Below, piece by piece: positions 25,977 to 34,993 of a stretch of 64,000 nt of DNA. The stretch comes from a virus. The notes below the pieces were generated by a model. The model saw only the letters and a list, made by a program, of their open reading frames with translations, was not told where the DNA came from and did not search any database. Position 1 is the stretch's first letter, and the number at the start of each line of letters is the position of its first letter. The translations under genes and the position numbers were made by a program. The stretch is taken from positions 1,010 to 65,009 of the IMG/VR virus record IMGVR_UViG_3300016675_000632, one strand, 5' to 3'.

Positions 25977-26183
25977 ATGAACACCTATACCACTTCCCGA
26001 ACCGCCCGCAAAATAACCCCTTGGATATTGTTTTTATTCGTCCTGTGCTTAGCTATAGGGTTTAGAGTGGGCAACTACTTCTCCACCGAAGCCCACGAGC
26101 TAAGGCAGCAACTCAAAAGCTGCAAACAGCGCAACGAAAATCTAATAAAGGGTTGCAAAAAATGCAGCGAAAAAGCCGCTTAA
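25977..26183 (+). CDS. Small single-TM protein with coiled coil
   Basis: ORF track; promoter TTGCAAC-N16-CGTATATTTG at 25917-25949. Confidence 0.7.
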   Translation: MNTYTTSRTARKITPWILFLFVLCLAIGFRVGNYFSTEAHELRQQLKSCKQRNENLIKGCKKCSEKAA

Positions 26184-26217
26184 TGTGGCTATTTTTTAAC
26201 CGTAAAAATAAAATAAA

Positions 26218-26778
26218 ATGAGCCAACACACCAACCCAACCTGCCGCAAATGTGGCGGAAATTGCAAAGAAAGTAAAGCGTTTAAACCGTCTGGGATTTT
26301 CTCGATTAATGGTTATCAAGGCGTAAGTTTTCAAGATGCCGCCGACCGACTAATTGATTGCTATAAATGCGAAAATTGCGGGCATAGCTTCACTATAGGC
26401 ACAGATGCAGAGTTTAGCGAATTTTGCGAACTTACCTACCAATTAAATCAATTTTCAGCCAAATCTGAAGCAGCTAAAACAAAAGCTCAAAACGGGCAAA
26501 ATTTAAGGTTTTCGGAAAGGAACGCCGATTTTATCAAAAAGGGAATTTTATCAAAATTAGCTGTAATCTACAAGTTAAACCCCAACAATGTGAGCGACTT
26601 GGAACTCACCGAAGCCATAACCAACGAAACCGCCCACGCACCCAATAAGCCCGCCCAATTTAATAACATAAAAATAAGATTGAAAACCCACTTTGACCTT
26701 AAGCAGGAAGCCCAACAATTAGAAAGCACCTTACAGCCCCAACGAATTGCCCGCCCTATTGACCACGACCAACAATAG
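26218..26778 (+). CDS. Protein with N-terminal zinc ribbon
   Basis: CRKCGGNC...CYKCENCG. Confidence 0.75.
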   Translation: MSQHTNPTCRKCGGNCKESKAFKPSGIFSINGYQGVSFQDAADRLIDCYKCENCGHSFTIGTDAEFSEFCELTYQLNQFSAKSEAAKTKAQNGQNLRFSERNADFIKKGILSKLAVIYKLNPNNVSDLELTEAITNETAHAPNKPAQFNNIKIRLKTHFDLKQEAQQLESTLQPQRIARPIDHDQQ

Positions 26779-26785
26779 CCAAATT

Positions 26786-27286
26786 ATGCCGAAAAGAAAT
26801 TATACCAAAGATGAGCTAAAATTCATTAAAGCCAACAGCGCAACGATGCCCCCGCAGCAAATTGGGGAACACTTAGGACGAACCGCTTGCGCTATCAAAA
26901 TAAAGATATACGCAATGGCATTACCGCCCTATCCCGATAGGCGCAGCATTTGGACTGATGAATTGCTATCTGAACTTAAAAAATACTACCCAAACGAAAC
27001 AGCCAAAGCTGTAGCCCAAAGGTTGAAAATCACCGCACCTACAGTTCAAAAAAAGGCGCAAGAGTTGGGATTGCAGAAAAGCGAAAGTTTTTATTGCTGG
27101 AAAGACGAACAAGTTAATCTAATGCTAAAAATGTTGAGCGAAAAACGCCGCGTTAATAGTATAGCCAAAAAGCTAAATAAAACCACCAACGCGATATACA
27201 CAAAAATTTATGCATTGGGTTTATCCATTAAAAAAATCAAATCACAAAAACAGCCCCAAGCCAAACAATCCACCAAAGCCCAATAA
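26786..27286 (+). CDS. Triple HTH-repeat (Myb/GcrA-like) DNA-binding protein
   Basis: Three W/Y-T-x-E...IA..L.RT..AI..K...LGL repeats. Confidence 0.75.
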   Translation: MPKRNYTKDELKFIKANSATMPPQQIGEHLGRTACAIKIKIYAMALPPYPDRRSIWTDELLSELKKYYPNETAKAVAQRLKITAPTVQKKAQELGLQKSESFYCWKDEQVNLMLKMLSEKRRVNSIAKKLNKTTNAIYTKIYALGLSIKKIKSQKQPQAKQSTKAQ

Positions 27287-27290
27287 GATT

Positions 27291-27797
27291 ATGAGCAAAC
27301 CATATACCCAAAAAGAAATAGATTTTGTAAAGGCCAACATAAGGCAAATATCCCCCAAAGATATTAGCCAACAACTCAACCGAACCCACCAAGCTATTCA
27401 ATCTTTGATTTATAGGTTGGGCTTGCGCATCACCAAAAAGAAAAGGGTTTGCAATGTTTGGACAAAAGAACGCACCGAAAAGCTAACCAATTGCGCCAAC
27501 AATCATTCAGCCAAAGAGATAGCCGAGATAATGGGCGCAAGCCTTTCGGCTATTCGCAGCAAAGCCCAAAAGCTAAATTTATCTTTTATGGGCAATAGAT
27601 ACTCCCAATGGAAAAAATCTGAAGTTACAGAAGCAAAACGACTTTTGAAAGAGGGCTACACAATTAAAAAAATAGCCGAAACTTTGGGCAAAAAGGCAGG
27701 CTCAACCTATGGCCAACTTAGAAAAAACGGGCTAAAAGTAAAAGAGGTCAAAGAGCAACGAGCCAAAGAGCCAAAACAATTTGTTTATTTAGATTAA
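27291..27797 (+). CDS. Triple HTH-repeat protein; tandem paralog of 26786
   Basis: Same repeat pattern. Confidence 0.75.
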   Translation: MSKPYTQKEIDFVKANIRQISPKDISQQLNRTHQAIQSLIYRLGLRITKKKRVCNVWTKERTEKLTNCANNHSAKEIAEIMGASLSAIRSKAQKLNLSFMGNRYSQWKKSEVTEAKRLLKEGYTIKKIAETLGKKAGSTYGQLRKNGLKVKEVKEQRAKEPKQFVYLD

Positions 27798-27810
27798 CCC
27801 CACGCAAACT

Positions 27811-28035
27811 ATGCAAAATAATCCCAATGCGAGCGAATCGCCGCACCCCGATAGAATAAAAAGGCTATCCCGCCTATATTTTGTATATAAATTACAAGCC
27901 TACGCTTACGAGCAAGTTATGCGCCAACTAATCCCAGAACTAATCAAAGAATTAGAGGCACAAGGGCATCGCCCGCAAGCTTTCAAAATAGTTGGCAAAG
28001 GGTTTCAAACAAAAATTTTACCTGAAAAATCATAA
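27811..28035 (+). CDS. Hypothetical protein
   Basis: ORF track. Confidence 0.65.
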   Translation: MQNNPNASESPHPDRIKRLSRLYFVYKLQAYAYEQVMRQLIPELIKELEAQGHRPQAFKIVGKGFQTKILPEKS

Positions 28036-28047
28036 ACTTTTCAAACT

Positions 28048-28323
28048 ATGCCAACACACAACGAAGCAATAGCAGTTCTAAATAACTGCAATTTTAACCC
28101 CACGCTCAACGCCTACTATTTGGCAGAAATTCAAAATCGCAAAGATAGCCCGCAAGACTTGGAAACGATTATTGGTGCGATGAAATTGTCCGCCAAAGCG
28201 CGCGAAAACGCTAACGAAATCAAGGAACTGTTAGCTAAAAACCACGCCCAAATATCCAACCTACAGCAAGCCGCTTCAGTAGATGCGAAAGAACTGAAAA
28301 ACCGCCAACAAGTAAAAAGTTAA
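28048..28323 (+). CDS. Hypothetical protein
   Basis: ORF track. Confidence 0.7.
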   Translation: MPTHNEAIAVLNNCNFNPTLNAYYLAEIQNRKDSPQDLETIIGAMKLSAKARENANEIKELLAKNHAQISNLQQAASVDAKELKNRQQVKS

Positions 28324-28342
28324 ATGAATAATACATAAAGCC

Positions 28343-28378
28343 AGCCCTTGCAAGTCGCCCGATTTGCGGGGCTTTTTT
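28343..28378 (+). terminator. Intrinsic terminator
   Basis: AGCCCTTGCAAGTC/GATTTGCGGGGCT plus T run. Confidence 0.7.
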
Positions 28379-28524
28379 GTGTAAAAAAATCAAAAAATAA
28401 TACAAAATTTTGCAACAAAACGGACGCCACGTCCGTATAATGGTGTAATTTTTAACCGATGCGGTTGCAAAAACACACCGTTTTTTTGAAGCCGTCGTTT
28501 TTTCTAAAATAAAAAATTGTAGTT

Positions 28525-28779
28525 ATGCTTACATTTATTTTTTGGGCTGGTATTGCCTTTTTCGTTTTATTTCTTATCCTTAGCAGCAAAACTGTTTGCG
28601 CTTTAGTTGTAGCTTATTTTGATGCCAAAGGGTGGAAAGGTTGGAATATCTACCTTTGTTTGTTGCTTGCCTTTGCGGTTGCTTCCTCATCAATGCTTAA
28701 TTTTTGGCTTGGCTGGGATTACGCTTCAGTAGAACCTGTCAAAGAGAAAATTATTTATCAAGGCACAATTTGTTTATAA
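28525..28779 (+). CDS. Small 2-TM membrane protein
   Basis: ORF track; TTGCAAC-N17-CGTATA at 28410-28439. Confidence 0.7.
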   Translation: MLTFIFWAGIAFFVLFLILSSKTVCALVVAYFDAKGWKGWNIYLCLLLAFAVASSSMLNFWLGWDYASVEPVKEKIIYQGTICL

Positions 28780-28799
28780 CCACTAAAACAAGCAAAATA

Positions 28800-29099
28800 A
28801 TGCTAATAAATTTAACTTGCAAGCCTTGCGAAAAACCCGATTCTATATGTGCTGTTTATCGCGATAAAAAAATGATAGGCCATATCTATCACGACCAAAA
28901 CTACAGCCAAAATTGGCGCGAGTTTGAACTTTTACTAAAAGATAATTCTTTTGCAAGACTTGGCTTTGCTTTGCAGCTTACCGAAAAAGATTGCGACGCA
29001 TTTTTCACAGAAACTCCCGACTTTTCCAAGTTAGAAAAAGCGTTAAACAAAACCCTCAACAAAACATTTTTCAACCTCGCAAACGCTAAAAAAATCTAA
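28800..29099 (+). CDS. Hypothetical protein
   Basis: ORF track (28704); ATG at 28800 preferred. Confidence 0.7.
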   Translation: MLINLTCKPCEKPDSICAVYRDKKMIGHIYHDQNYSQNWREFELLLKDNSFARLGFALQLTEKDCDAFFTETPDFSKLEKALNKTLNKTFFNLANAKKI

Positions 29100-29102
29100 A
29101 TA

Positions 29103-29777
29103 ATGCACCACACACCACCACCCGCGCCGCTTATTATACAGGGCGCACATTTTGAGTTTCGCGAACCGCAACCTTTGCCTGCTGCGCAAACTTTTATACC
29201 CAACCCACCAGATAGAAAAGAACCCGAACTTTATAAATTTTGGGTTTATAAAGACGACAAAAAAGTAGGACTTTTGACCATCAATAAAAAGTCTGAAGGT
29301 TTGGGCAAGCGAACCAATAAAGCTGTTTTTACCGATAATATCGCCCGCGTAACTAAAAGCCCGCAAATGGTTTTTGAATTGGCACATTTTGATATTCCGA
29401 TTGATGCTAAACAAATGCTTAGCAGTGCCTACAATTTGGAACGGGACAAAGAAATCGCAACCCAATACTGTTTAGATTTTGAACAGCAGTATATTGAGTT
29501 TGTGGGTAGTCAATTTGAGTATGTAGCAATCCCGCTGCCTGTTGTAGAATTTAAAGCCCCAATAGAAGCACCGCAAGACGAATTTTTAACCAAATGGGAA
29601 AACCGCCCGTTGGCGCAATGCTTAATATCCACAGAGCAGCAGCCCGAAACGGTTATATCGCCAACAAATAAACAAAAAGACGGCAATATAACACTTGATT
29701 TTGTCAAAAAATCCCCTCAAATGCCTATTGGTGGCTTATGCTATCCTATCAAAAGCGGAGTTGTGAAAATTGATTAA
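29103..29777 (+). CDS. Hypothetical protein
   Basis: ORF track. Confidence 0.75.
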   Translation: MHHTPPPAPLIIQGAHFEFREPQPLPAAQTFIPNPPDRKEPELYKFWVYKDDKKVGLLTINKKSEGLGKRTNKAVFTDNIARVTKSPQMVFELAHFDIPIDAKQMLSSAYNLERDKEIATQYCLDFEQQYIEFVGSQFEYVAIPLPVVEFKAPIEAPQDEFLTKWENRPLAQCLISTEQQPETVISPTNKQKDGNITLDFVKKSPQMPIGGLCYPIKSGVVKID

Positions 29778-29780
29778 GGT

Positions 29781-30119
29781 ATGACAGCGAAAGACTTGCA
29801 CCAAAAAGCCTCTTATTACACCCAAAACGCGCTCGCGCACGAAGTCAAAAGCCAAAAACACGAAGCCGACGAATGCTATAGATTAGCCTATTCGTTCCAA
29901 AAAGAGGTTGCAATGCAATATCTACACAAAAGGCACTTAGAACCAACCAGAAGTATTTTATTTGCATCTGCGGCGAATTTGGCAATATCTTGCGGCTTAT
30001 TGGCAGAGGCGCAAATGTTGGCAAAATATGGGCTATCTTACAAGCGCGGGCTTTTGGGCAACCGTACCCCGCAAATCAAAGAGCTAAAAATGATTTTCAA
30101 ACGTTGTAAAAATGCGTAA
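29781..30119 (+). CDS. TPR-like helical protein
   Basis: LHQKA...EPTRSILFASAANLAISCG motif. Confidence 0.7.
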   Translation: MTAKDLHQKASYYTQNALAHEVKSQKHEADECYRLAYSFQKEVAMQYLHKRHLEPTRSILFASAANLAISCGLLAEAQMLAKYGLSYKRGLLGNRTPQIKELKMIFKRCKNA

Positions 30120-31074
30120 AATGCACCCCAAACATCATAACATACAAAAATCGCTAAACTATGCAGAAATCGCTAAGGCGCATTCTGCACGCGGTCAAAA
30201 AACGCTTTCCCAGCTTTACTATTTCCTTGCTTTTGATAGCCAAAAAAACGTAATAGAAAGTATTTTGCGCACCGAAGAGCCACACATAACTAACCCGCAT
30301 TTTATTGATTTTGCGCACAGCGCGGCTAAATTAGCTTTGTTGTGCGGCTTGCCCCAAGAGGCTACCAAAATAGCACAAATAGGGCTTAAATACAGCCAAC
30401 AGCACTTTTTCCCTTACGACAAACAAAAAGATTTTTTAGAAATTGGCTACGAAAACGAACTTAAGAAAAACCAAAACTTTTTACTTGAATTTGGTTTATC
30501 TAATCATTATTCCGCTAAAAGGTTTGAGGAGTTTGGTTTTGAAACAACTGCAGCTCAAGTTATTTCGGCTGCTGAAAATGAGCTAATCAAAGAAAATGCA
30601 AATATAGATTTTGCAAAAACTTATGAGTTGCTTTCTATTTTGCTATCCAATCTATCTAATAAAGGTTTTTCTTTTGATGAAAACTTTGCCCAAATGTTCA
30701 ATAATGTAAGAATACTTTGCAAAGATATTTCCGTTTCTGGTAATAACACCAAAATATCAACATATAAACAAGCAAAGTGGTGCATAGGTCTTATCTCGTC
30801 TTATATTCAAGATTTTGATTTAAAATACCCCGCCTTTGTTGTTGCTGATTGCTACAGCCCACAACCAATAGGATTAGTCCAACCCGTATTTGGTAAAATT
30901 TACGACCCTGAAAAGCGTTTTTGTTATGGGGAAAGAAACCTTGAGATTTTTACCATTGCGCGGCACAAAGCAGCAGCCGAAAATCCTAAATTGTTCCCTA
31001 TAAAAGGCGACCTTGTTTGGGGTGTTCCCTCCATAGAAAAAGGTAAATTCTTCTTTGTAGATGAAAGCAATTAA
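30112..31074 (+). CDS. Hypothetical protein; N-terminus paralogous to 29781
   Basis: FAHSAAKLALLCGLPQEATKIAQIGL vs FASAANLAISCGLLAEAQMLAKYGL. Confidence 0.75.
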   Translation: MRKMHPKHHNIQKSLNYAEIAKAHSARGQKTLSQLYYFLAFDSQKNVIESILRTEEPHITNPHFIDFAHSAAKLALLCGLPQEATKIAQIGLKYSQQHFFPYDKQKDFLEIGYENELKKNQNFLLEFGLSNHYSAKRFEEFGFETTAAQVISAAENELIKENANIDFAKTYELLSILLSNLSNKGFSFDENFAQMFNNVRILCKDISVSGNNTKISTYKQAKWCIGLISSYIQDFDLKYPAFVVADCYSPQPIGLVQPVFGKIYDPEKRFCYGERNLEIFTIARHKAAAENPKLFPIKGDLVWGVPSIEKGKFFFVDESN

Positions 31075-31220
31075 AATCCACAACCGCCCACGCCACAAAG
31101 GGCAAACGTTGGCTAATTGGCAAAAAGCCCAAAAGAGCCAACAGCTAACCGCGTGTTTTGCCCTTTTTTTCTATCACTTTTTTATCCAATCCGTAGAATG
31201 AAAAAAGTATTACACACTCT

Positions 31221-31664
31221 TTGCACCCCAATAACAGACAAAAAAAATTTGTAGATTATAGCGGGTTGGTTAATCTTGCCAAAATCAGCACTCCAGAGCT
31301 ATGCGAGGGTGGGCGCAAGAGTATTTTTATTCGCCCGCAAAAATCTTTTCAAAAAATAATAAAAATCTTTAGTAGGAACGGTTGGATTTGTTTTCTTTAC
31401 GAAGTAAAAAATGTTAATAACAAAAAAATTGATGGCTGCGACCACTTTATACTATTACACGAAAACAGGAATTTTGGTATAAATCTTTATGTTCATAAAA
31501 ATTGCTATTGGGCATATATTAGAAATTTTGAAAAGAATTTTGAATATCACGAGCAGGCAGGCAAAAACAATAAAATAGGCAAATTTTTATCCAAAATTAT
31601 CAACCCCGCCGACTACCCACAATTTTACCCACAAAGCGAAAAATTAACTAATGAAAAAGCATAA
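31221..31664 (+). CDS. Hypothetical protein (TTG start, or ATG 31198 with a shift in the A8 run)
   Basis: ORF track; start uncertain. Confidence 0.65.
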   Translation: MHPNNRQKKFVDYSGLVNLAKISTPELCEGGRKSIFIRPQKSFQKIIKIFSRNGWICFLYEVKNVNNKKIDGCDHFILLHENRNFGINLYVHKNCYWAYIRNFEKNFEYHEQAGKNNKIGKFLSKIINPADYPQFYPQSEKLTNEKA

Positions 31665-31965
31665 ACACCACAACCCCCGCTACCAAACCAAGCGAGCGGG
31701 TAAAGTCAAAAAGGCTATTGAGTTCATCTTAAAATCCCAAAGACGAGCCCGCAATCGGCGAATGAAAGCCCGCAAGATATTCAGCCGCCAATCACAGCCA
31801 AAAAGCGGTAATGGTGTTTTATCTACCTTTACCGCAATGAGTTTCGCAATGGGCGCATTGGGCAAAAAATGAACGGGCGCACTTGGCGGCGAAATGCGCC
31901 AAGAACTATCTAAAACTTTTCTATCAACATCTACCAAAAGCCCGAAAATTAACGGTATGCGGTAG
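31651..31965 (+). CDS. Basic hypothetical protein; ends at TGA 31872 or, with read-through, at TAG 31965
   Basis: The frame stays open 30 codons past the TGA and closes 18 nt before the next ATG. Confidence 0.55.
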
Positions 31966-31983
31966 GCTAAACCAAAACAAACA

Positions 31984-32700
31984 ATGCTCACAGCTAACGA
32001 ACTTTTACGCACCGCCTCGCACCAATTTGATAAATTTATTAAATCCGCCCGTCCTTATGAGGGTAAAAAGCCCGCTTTTGATGCAAAATCCCACAAGCGG
32101 CAGGTTGTCAAAAATCTCACAGAGGAATACAACGAAATGCAGAAAGAAACCGAACACAGCCGCAAGTGGTGGTTTGAGTTTGCCGATACTTTATTTTGCG
32201 CTTATACAGCCTTAAAAATAAAGGTAAAAGAGTATGAAGATGCAAAAATTGAAAAGTTTGTAGATTTTTGCGGGATTAAATATATCCCCTACATTTACGC
32301 TATAGCTACTGCTGTATCCAACGGGTCTAAATTCTTTGATATTAAAAAATTAGCCGCACAAGCACTAATCGCCACAGAGCCTCACGAAATCCTACAGCGA
32401 GCGATACAACACGCCCACGCTAACCAATGGGAACTGTGGCAAACCGATAACGACGGCAAAACCTTATATTTTTTCTCAAAAGACGGCAAGGTGCAAAAAT
32501 CTACCCAATTCGGCTATCTTTCAAAAGACAATTTGCACGAGGATATTTTGCGGGATTTATCTAAGCACTACATAAATACCCTAAAAGAGGGCTACATAAC
32601 CGAATTAAGCGGCTGCATTGATGAGGTGCAAATGATACGGTTAATTGTGAAAAAGTACGAAAAAACGGGCGATTTGAACCACTTTATAATTAACCTTTAA
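31984..32700 (+). CDS. MazG-like / PRA-PH family all-alpha NTP pyrophosphohydrolase
   Basis: LTEEYNEM...EFADTLF...SNGSKF...KDGKVQK matches EE..E...E.AD...SNMSK...REDGKVLK. Confidence 0.7.
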   Translation: MLTANELLRTASHQFDKFIKSARPYEGKKPAFDAKSHKRQVVKNLTEEYNEMQKETEHSRKWWFEFADTLFCAYTALKIKVKEYEDAKIEKFVDFCGIKYIPYIYAIATAVSNGSKFFDIKKLAAQALIATEPHEILQRAIQHAHANQWELWQTDNDGKTLYFFSKDGKVQKSTQFGYLSKDNLHEDILRDLSKHYINTLKEGYITELSGCIDEVQMIRLIVKKYEKTGDLNHFIINL

Positions 32701-32711
32701 AATTTGGGGAA

Positions 32712-33002
32712 ATGGAAATTAACGACAACTTTATAACCCTAACCAACCACGACGGCGGCGGCTTTGGATTAATTTTAGACAATGTTATAGCTTATTCGGT
32801 AGGGCAAGGCTTTTATGATACAACCAAAGATAAGCATTATTACATCACCATTAACACGCGTTATTCAGATGATACAGTTGCATTATGCAACACCCACACA
32901 GTTGGCACAGAAGAAGAATTGCGCGATAGATTGAAGATTATCAATAACGCACTTGCAAATGCTTTGAAAAATACGCTAATAAAAAAACTTGCCGCAAAAT
33001 AA
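32712..33002 (+). CDS. Hypothetical protein
   Basis: ORF track. Confidence 0.7.
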   Translation: MEINDNFITLTNHDGGGFGLILDNVIAYSVGQGFYDTTKDKHYYITINTRYSDDTVALCNTHTVGTEEELRDRLKIINNALANALKNTLIKKLAAK

Positions 33003-33041
33003 TTTCAACTGCTCAATAAATTAGAGTGGTTCATAAACAAC

Positions 33042-33074
33042 AAAGCCCTCACATTTCGCAACGTGGGGGCTTTT
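33042..33074. terminator. Bidirectional terminator between convergent blocks
   Basis: AAAGCCCTCACATT/ACGTGGGGGCTTT hairpin with A and T flanks. Confidence 0.75.
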
Positions 33075-33107
33075 CTTTTGTATCTAATTCTTTTCTTTAT
33101 CCTAAAA

Positions 33108-34091
33108 CTATTTTATCTCACCTTTTGCATCGGCTACTATAGCCCTGCTCACCGCTTCTATAGAAACGCGCTTGTATTCGGGGCTATAGTGGATAAGCAT
33201 TGCATCGTCTCGCTCGTCCCCGAACCCGTCCTCTATCAAAAAGGCAGGCATATTCGTATCTGCTACTTCGTCAAAATTTTCTTCGTAGTCTTTGTCGCCG
33301 TCCCCGAACCGTTGAACGCGTATAGTGGCGGATTGTTTTTTACCTGCGGCGGCTGCATCTTTATCATAAAAAGGCAAGCCCAAACTATTGAAGTTGTTTA
33401 AGGCTACCTCCGCTACCTTATCGCTGTGCGTTTGCCCTTTGGATGTAAAAATGCAGATGCCGTTGGCGTTGTGATTTGGCGAGGCGTTAAAATGCCAACC
33501 TACCCAGAACGCCCGCGCTTTTGGGTTTTGTCTTTTTTGGGCTGTAAATATCGCGTTGACTAATTTTATGCGTTGCCCACGCGGTATATCTTGCCATTCG
33601 TGGGACATCACCACGATATTAAGTAGCCCCGCAGTAACATAAGGTTTTAATGCCTCCACCAAAGCCGCAATGTATATCCTATTTTCTACCCCCTCAAAGA
33701 AATACCCCGCCGCGTGAAAATCAGCTGTAGCTCCAGCGATGTGTGGGTGTGGGTATAGTTGCCACGTCTTGCCGACTTTTTGGCCGTGCCTAAAGTATTT
33801 GCCGTCGCCCGTTTTGTAGGTGGTATATTCTTTGTAAATATCCCCAGCTTTGCCCTGTGCAATTAGCCCCTCGTAAATTATTTTCCAAGTTGGCGGTAGT
33901 GCGCCGTGGCCAGCGTTCAAATATACGGTATAAATCGCCCCGCCGTCCAAAACCAGCGAAACGCCCAATTCTTTGTAATTGGGTGCGCAGGCCCTAATGA
34001 GTTGCTCAAGTTTAGAAAGTTTGGGTAAAACGGGGGCTTTGCCGTCTGCCGTTTGGGATAGCTCGGCGGGCTGAATATATTCTTTTGCCAT
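33108..34091 (-). CDS. Endolysin, N-acetylmuramoyl-L-alanine amidase (Amidase_3)
   Basis: VYLNAGHG, EGVEN, WHFNAS, PAFLIEDGF zinc-binding and catalytic motifs. Confidence 0.9.
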   Translation of the reverse strand: MAKEYIQPAELSQTADGKAPVLPKLSKLEQLIRACAPNYKELGVSLVLDGGAIYTVYLNAGHGALPPTWKIIYEGLIAQGKAGDIYKEYTTYKTGDGKYFRHGQKVGKTWQLYPHPHIAGATADFHAAGYFFEGVENRIYIAALVEALKPYVTAGLLNIVVMSHEWQDIPRGQRIKLVNAIFTAQKRQNPKARAFWVGWHFNASPNHNANGICIFTSKGQTHSDKVAEVALNNFNSLGLPFYDKDAAAAGKKQSATIRVQRFGDGDKDYEENFDEVADTNMPAFLIEDGFGDERDDAMLIHYSPEYKRVSIEAVSRAIVADAKGEIK

Positions 34092-34109
34092 AGGTTGAGT
34101 ATTTGCGGG

Positions 34110-34412
34110 TTATGGGATTTCAAAAACAAAGTCTTGGGTTTTGGGTATGGGCTTGGGTATCAATTCGCCCTGTTCGTTTGCCTGTTTGAACTGCAAACTA
34201 TCTATAATTTGCTGTAGCTTTTGGGCTTGGACTTCTTGTTCTCCCAATCGCGGGCAAGCCGTAATAGCCAAAATTAAGCCCAAAAACAGCCACGCAAAGA
34301 GTATTTTTTTTGTTCTCCTTTCTGTGGCCAATACCCGCTCGCGGAATTTGTCCGTAGGTGGTTCAACCACGCCCTTACTGTGCATTAAATTTGCGGTATC
34401 AGTTTTGCCCAT
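34110..34412 (-). CDS. Lysis-associated membrane or lipoprotein (spanin-like candidate)
   Basis: TM ending in AITAC (lipobox-like), coiled coil, Pro-rich tail; next to the endolysin. Confidence 0.4.
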   Translation of the reverse strand: MGKTDTANLMHSKGVVEPPTDKFRERVLATERRTKKILFAWLFLGLILAITACPRLGEQEVQAQKLQQIIDSLQFKQANEQGELIPKPIPKTQDFVFEIP

Positions 34413-34638
34413 TTTTCCCTCCTTTGTTTTCTTTTATTTGCTCAAAATAATCTACAATATCCCACCACCAGAACAGCGAAAATAACAGTACAAGTGGCGC
34501 AATGATATTTAAGCTCAAAGATGCGATTATTATTGGGTTGAGCGATGAGATAACCTTTAACAAATTAACCACTATCTCAAGTAACAACACAATAACCCGC
34601 TCTAAATATGCTATGTAGTCTTGTAATCTTTCGTTCAT
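34399..34638 (-). CDS. Holin candidate
   Basis: Small, hydrophobic, charged C-terminus, upstream of the endolysin; TGA stop. Confidence 0.5.
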   Translation of the reverse strand: MNERLQDYIAYLERVIVLLLEIVVNLLKVISSLNPIIIASLSLNIIAPLVLLFSLFWWWDIVDYFEQIKENKGGKNGQN

Positions 34639-34695
34639 AGTTTAATTTTTTGGGGTAAAAAAGCGGGTGAGCGAACCCACCCGCAAAAGTTGGTG

Positions 34696-34989
34696 TTAAG
34701 GCACTAATATGCCTATCAACCCGCCTAAAGGGTCTGGTTGTGCTGTGGTGTTTGGGCTAACATAATGAATAATCAATGTTTCCTCGAGTGTGTTGCTGCT
34801 ATTATTATCCATTTGCGCAATTCTATTGCCGTTTGATATAACGCCGCTATGTAAGTATAAACTGCCTTTATTTTGTGCGCAAGCTATTATTTCGGTGCTT
34901 GTTGCATTATTTTTTGATGTAAAAGCTACCCATTTGCCCAGATATGATTGGTAAATTGTAGCATTTGTAATGTCGTTTCTGTTTGGCAT
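34696..34989 (-). CDS. Hypothetical protein
   Basis: ORF track. Confidence 0.65.
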   Translation of the reverse strand: MPNRNDITNATIYQSYLGKWVAFTSKNNATSTEIIACAQNKGSLYLHSGVISNGNRIAQMDNNSSNTLEETLIIHYVSPNTTAQPDPLGGLIGILVP

Positions 34990-34993
34990 AATC

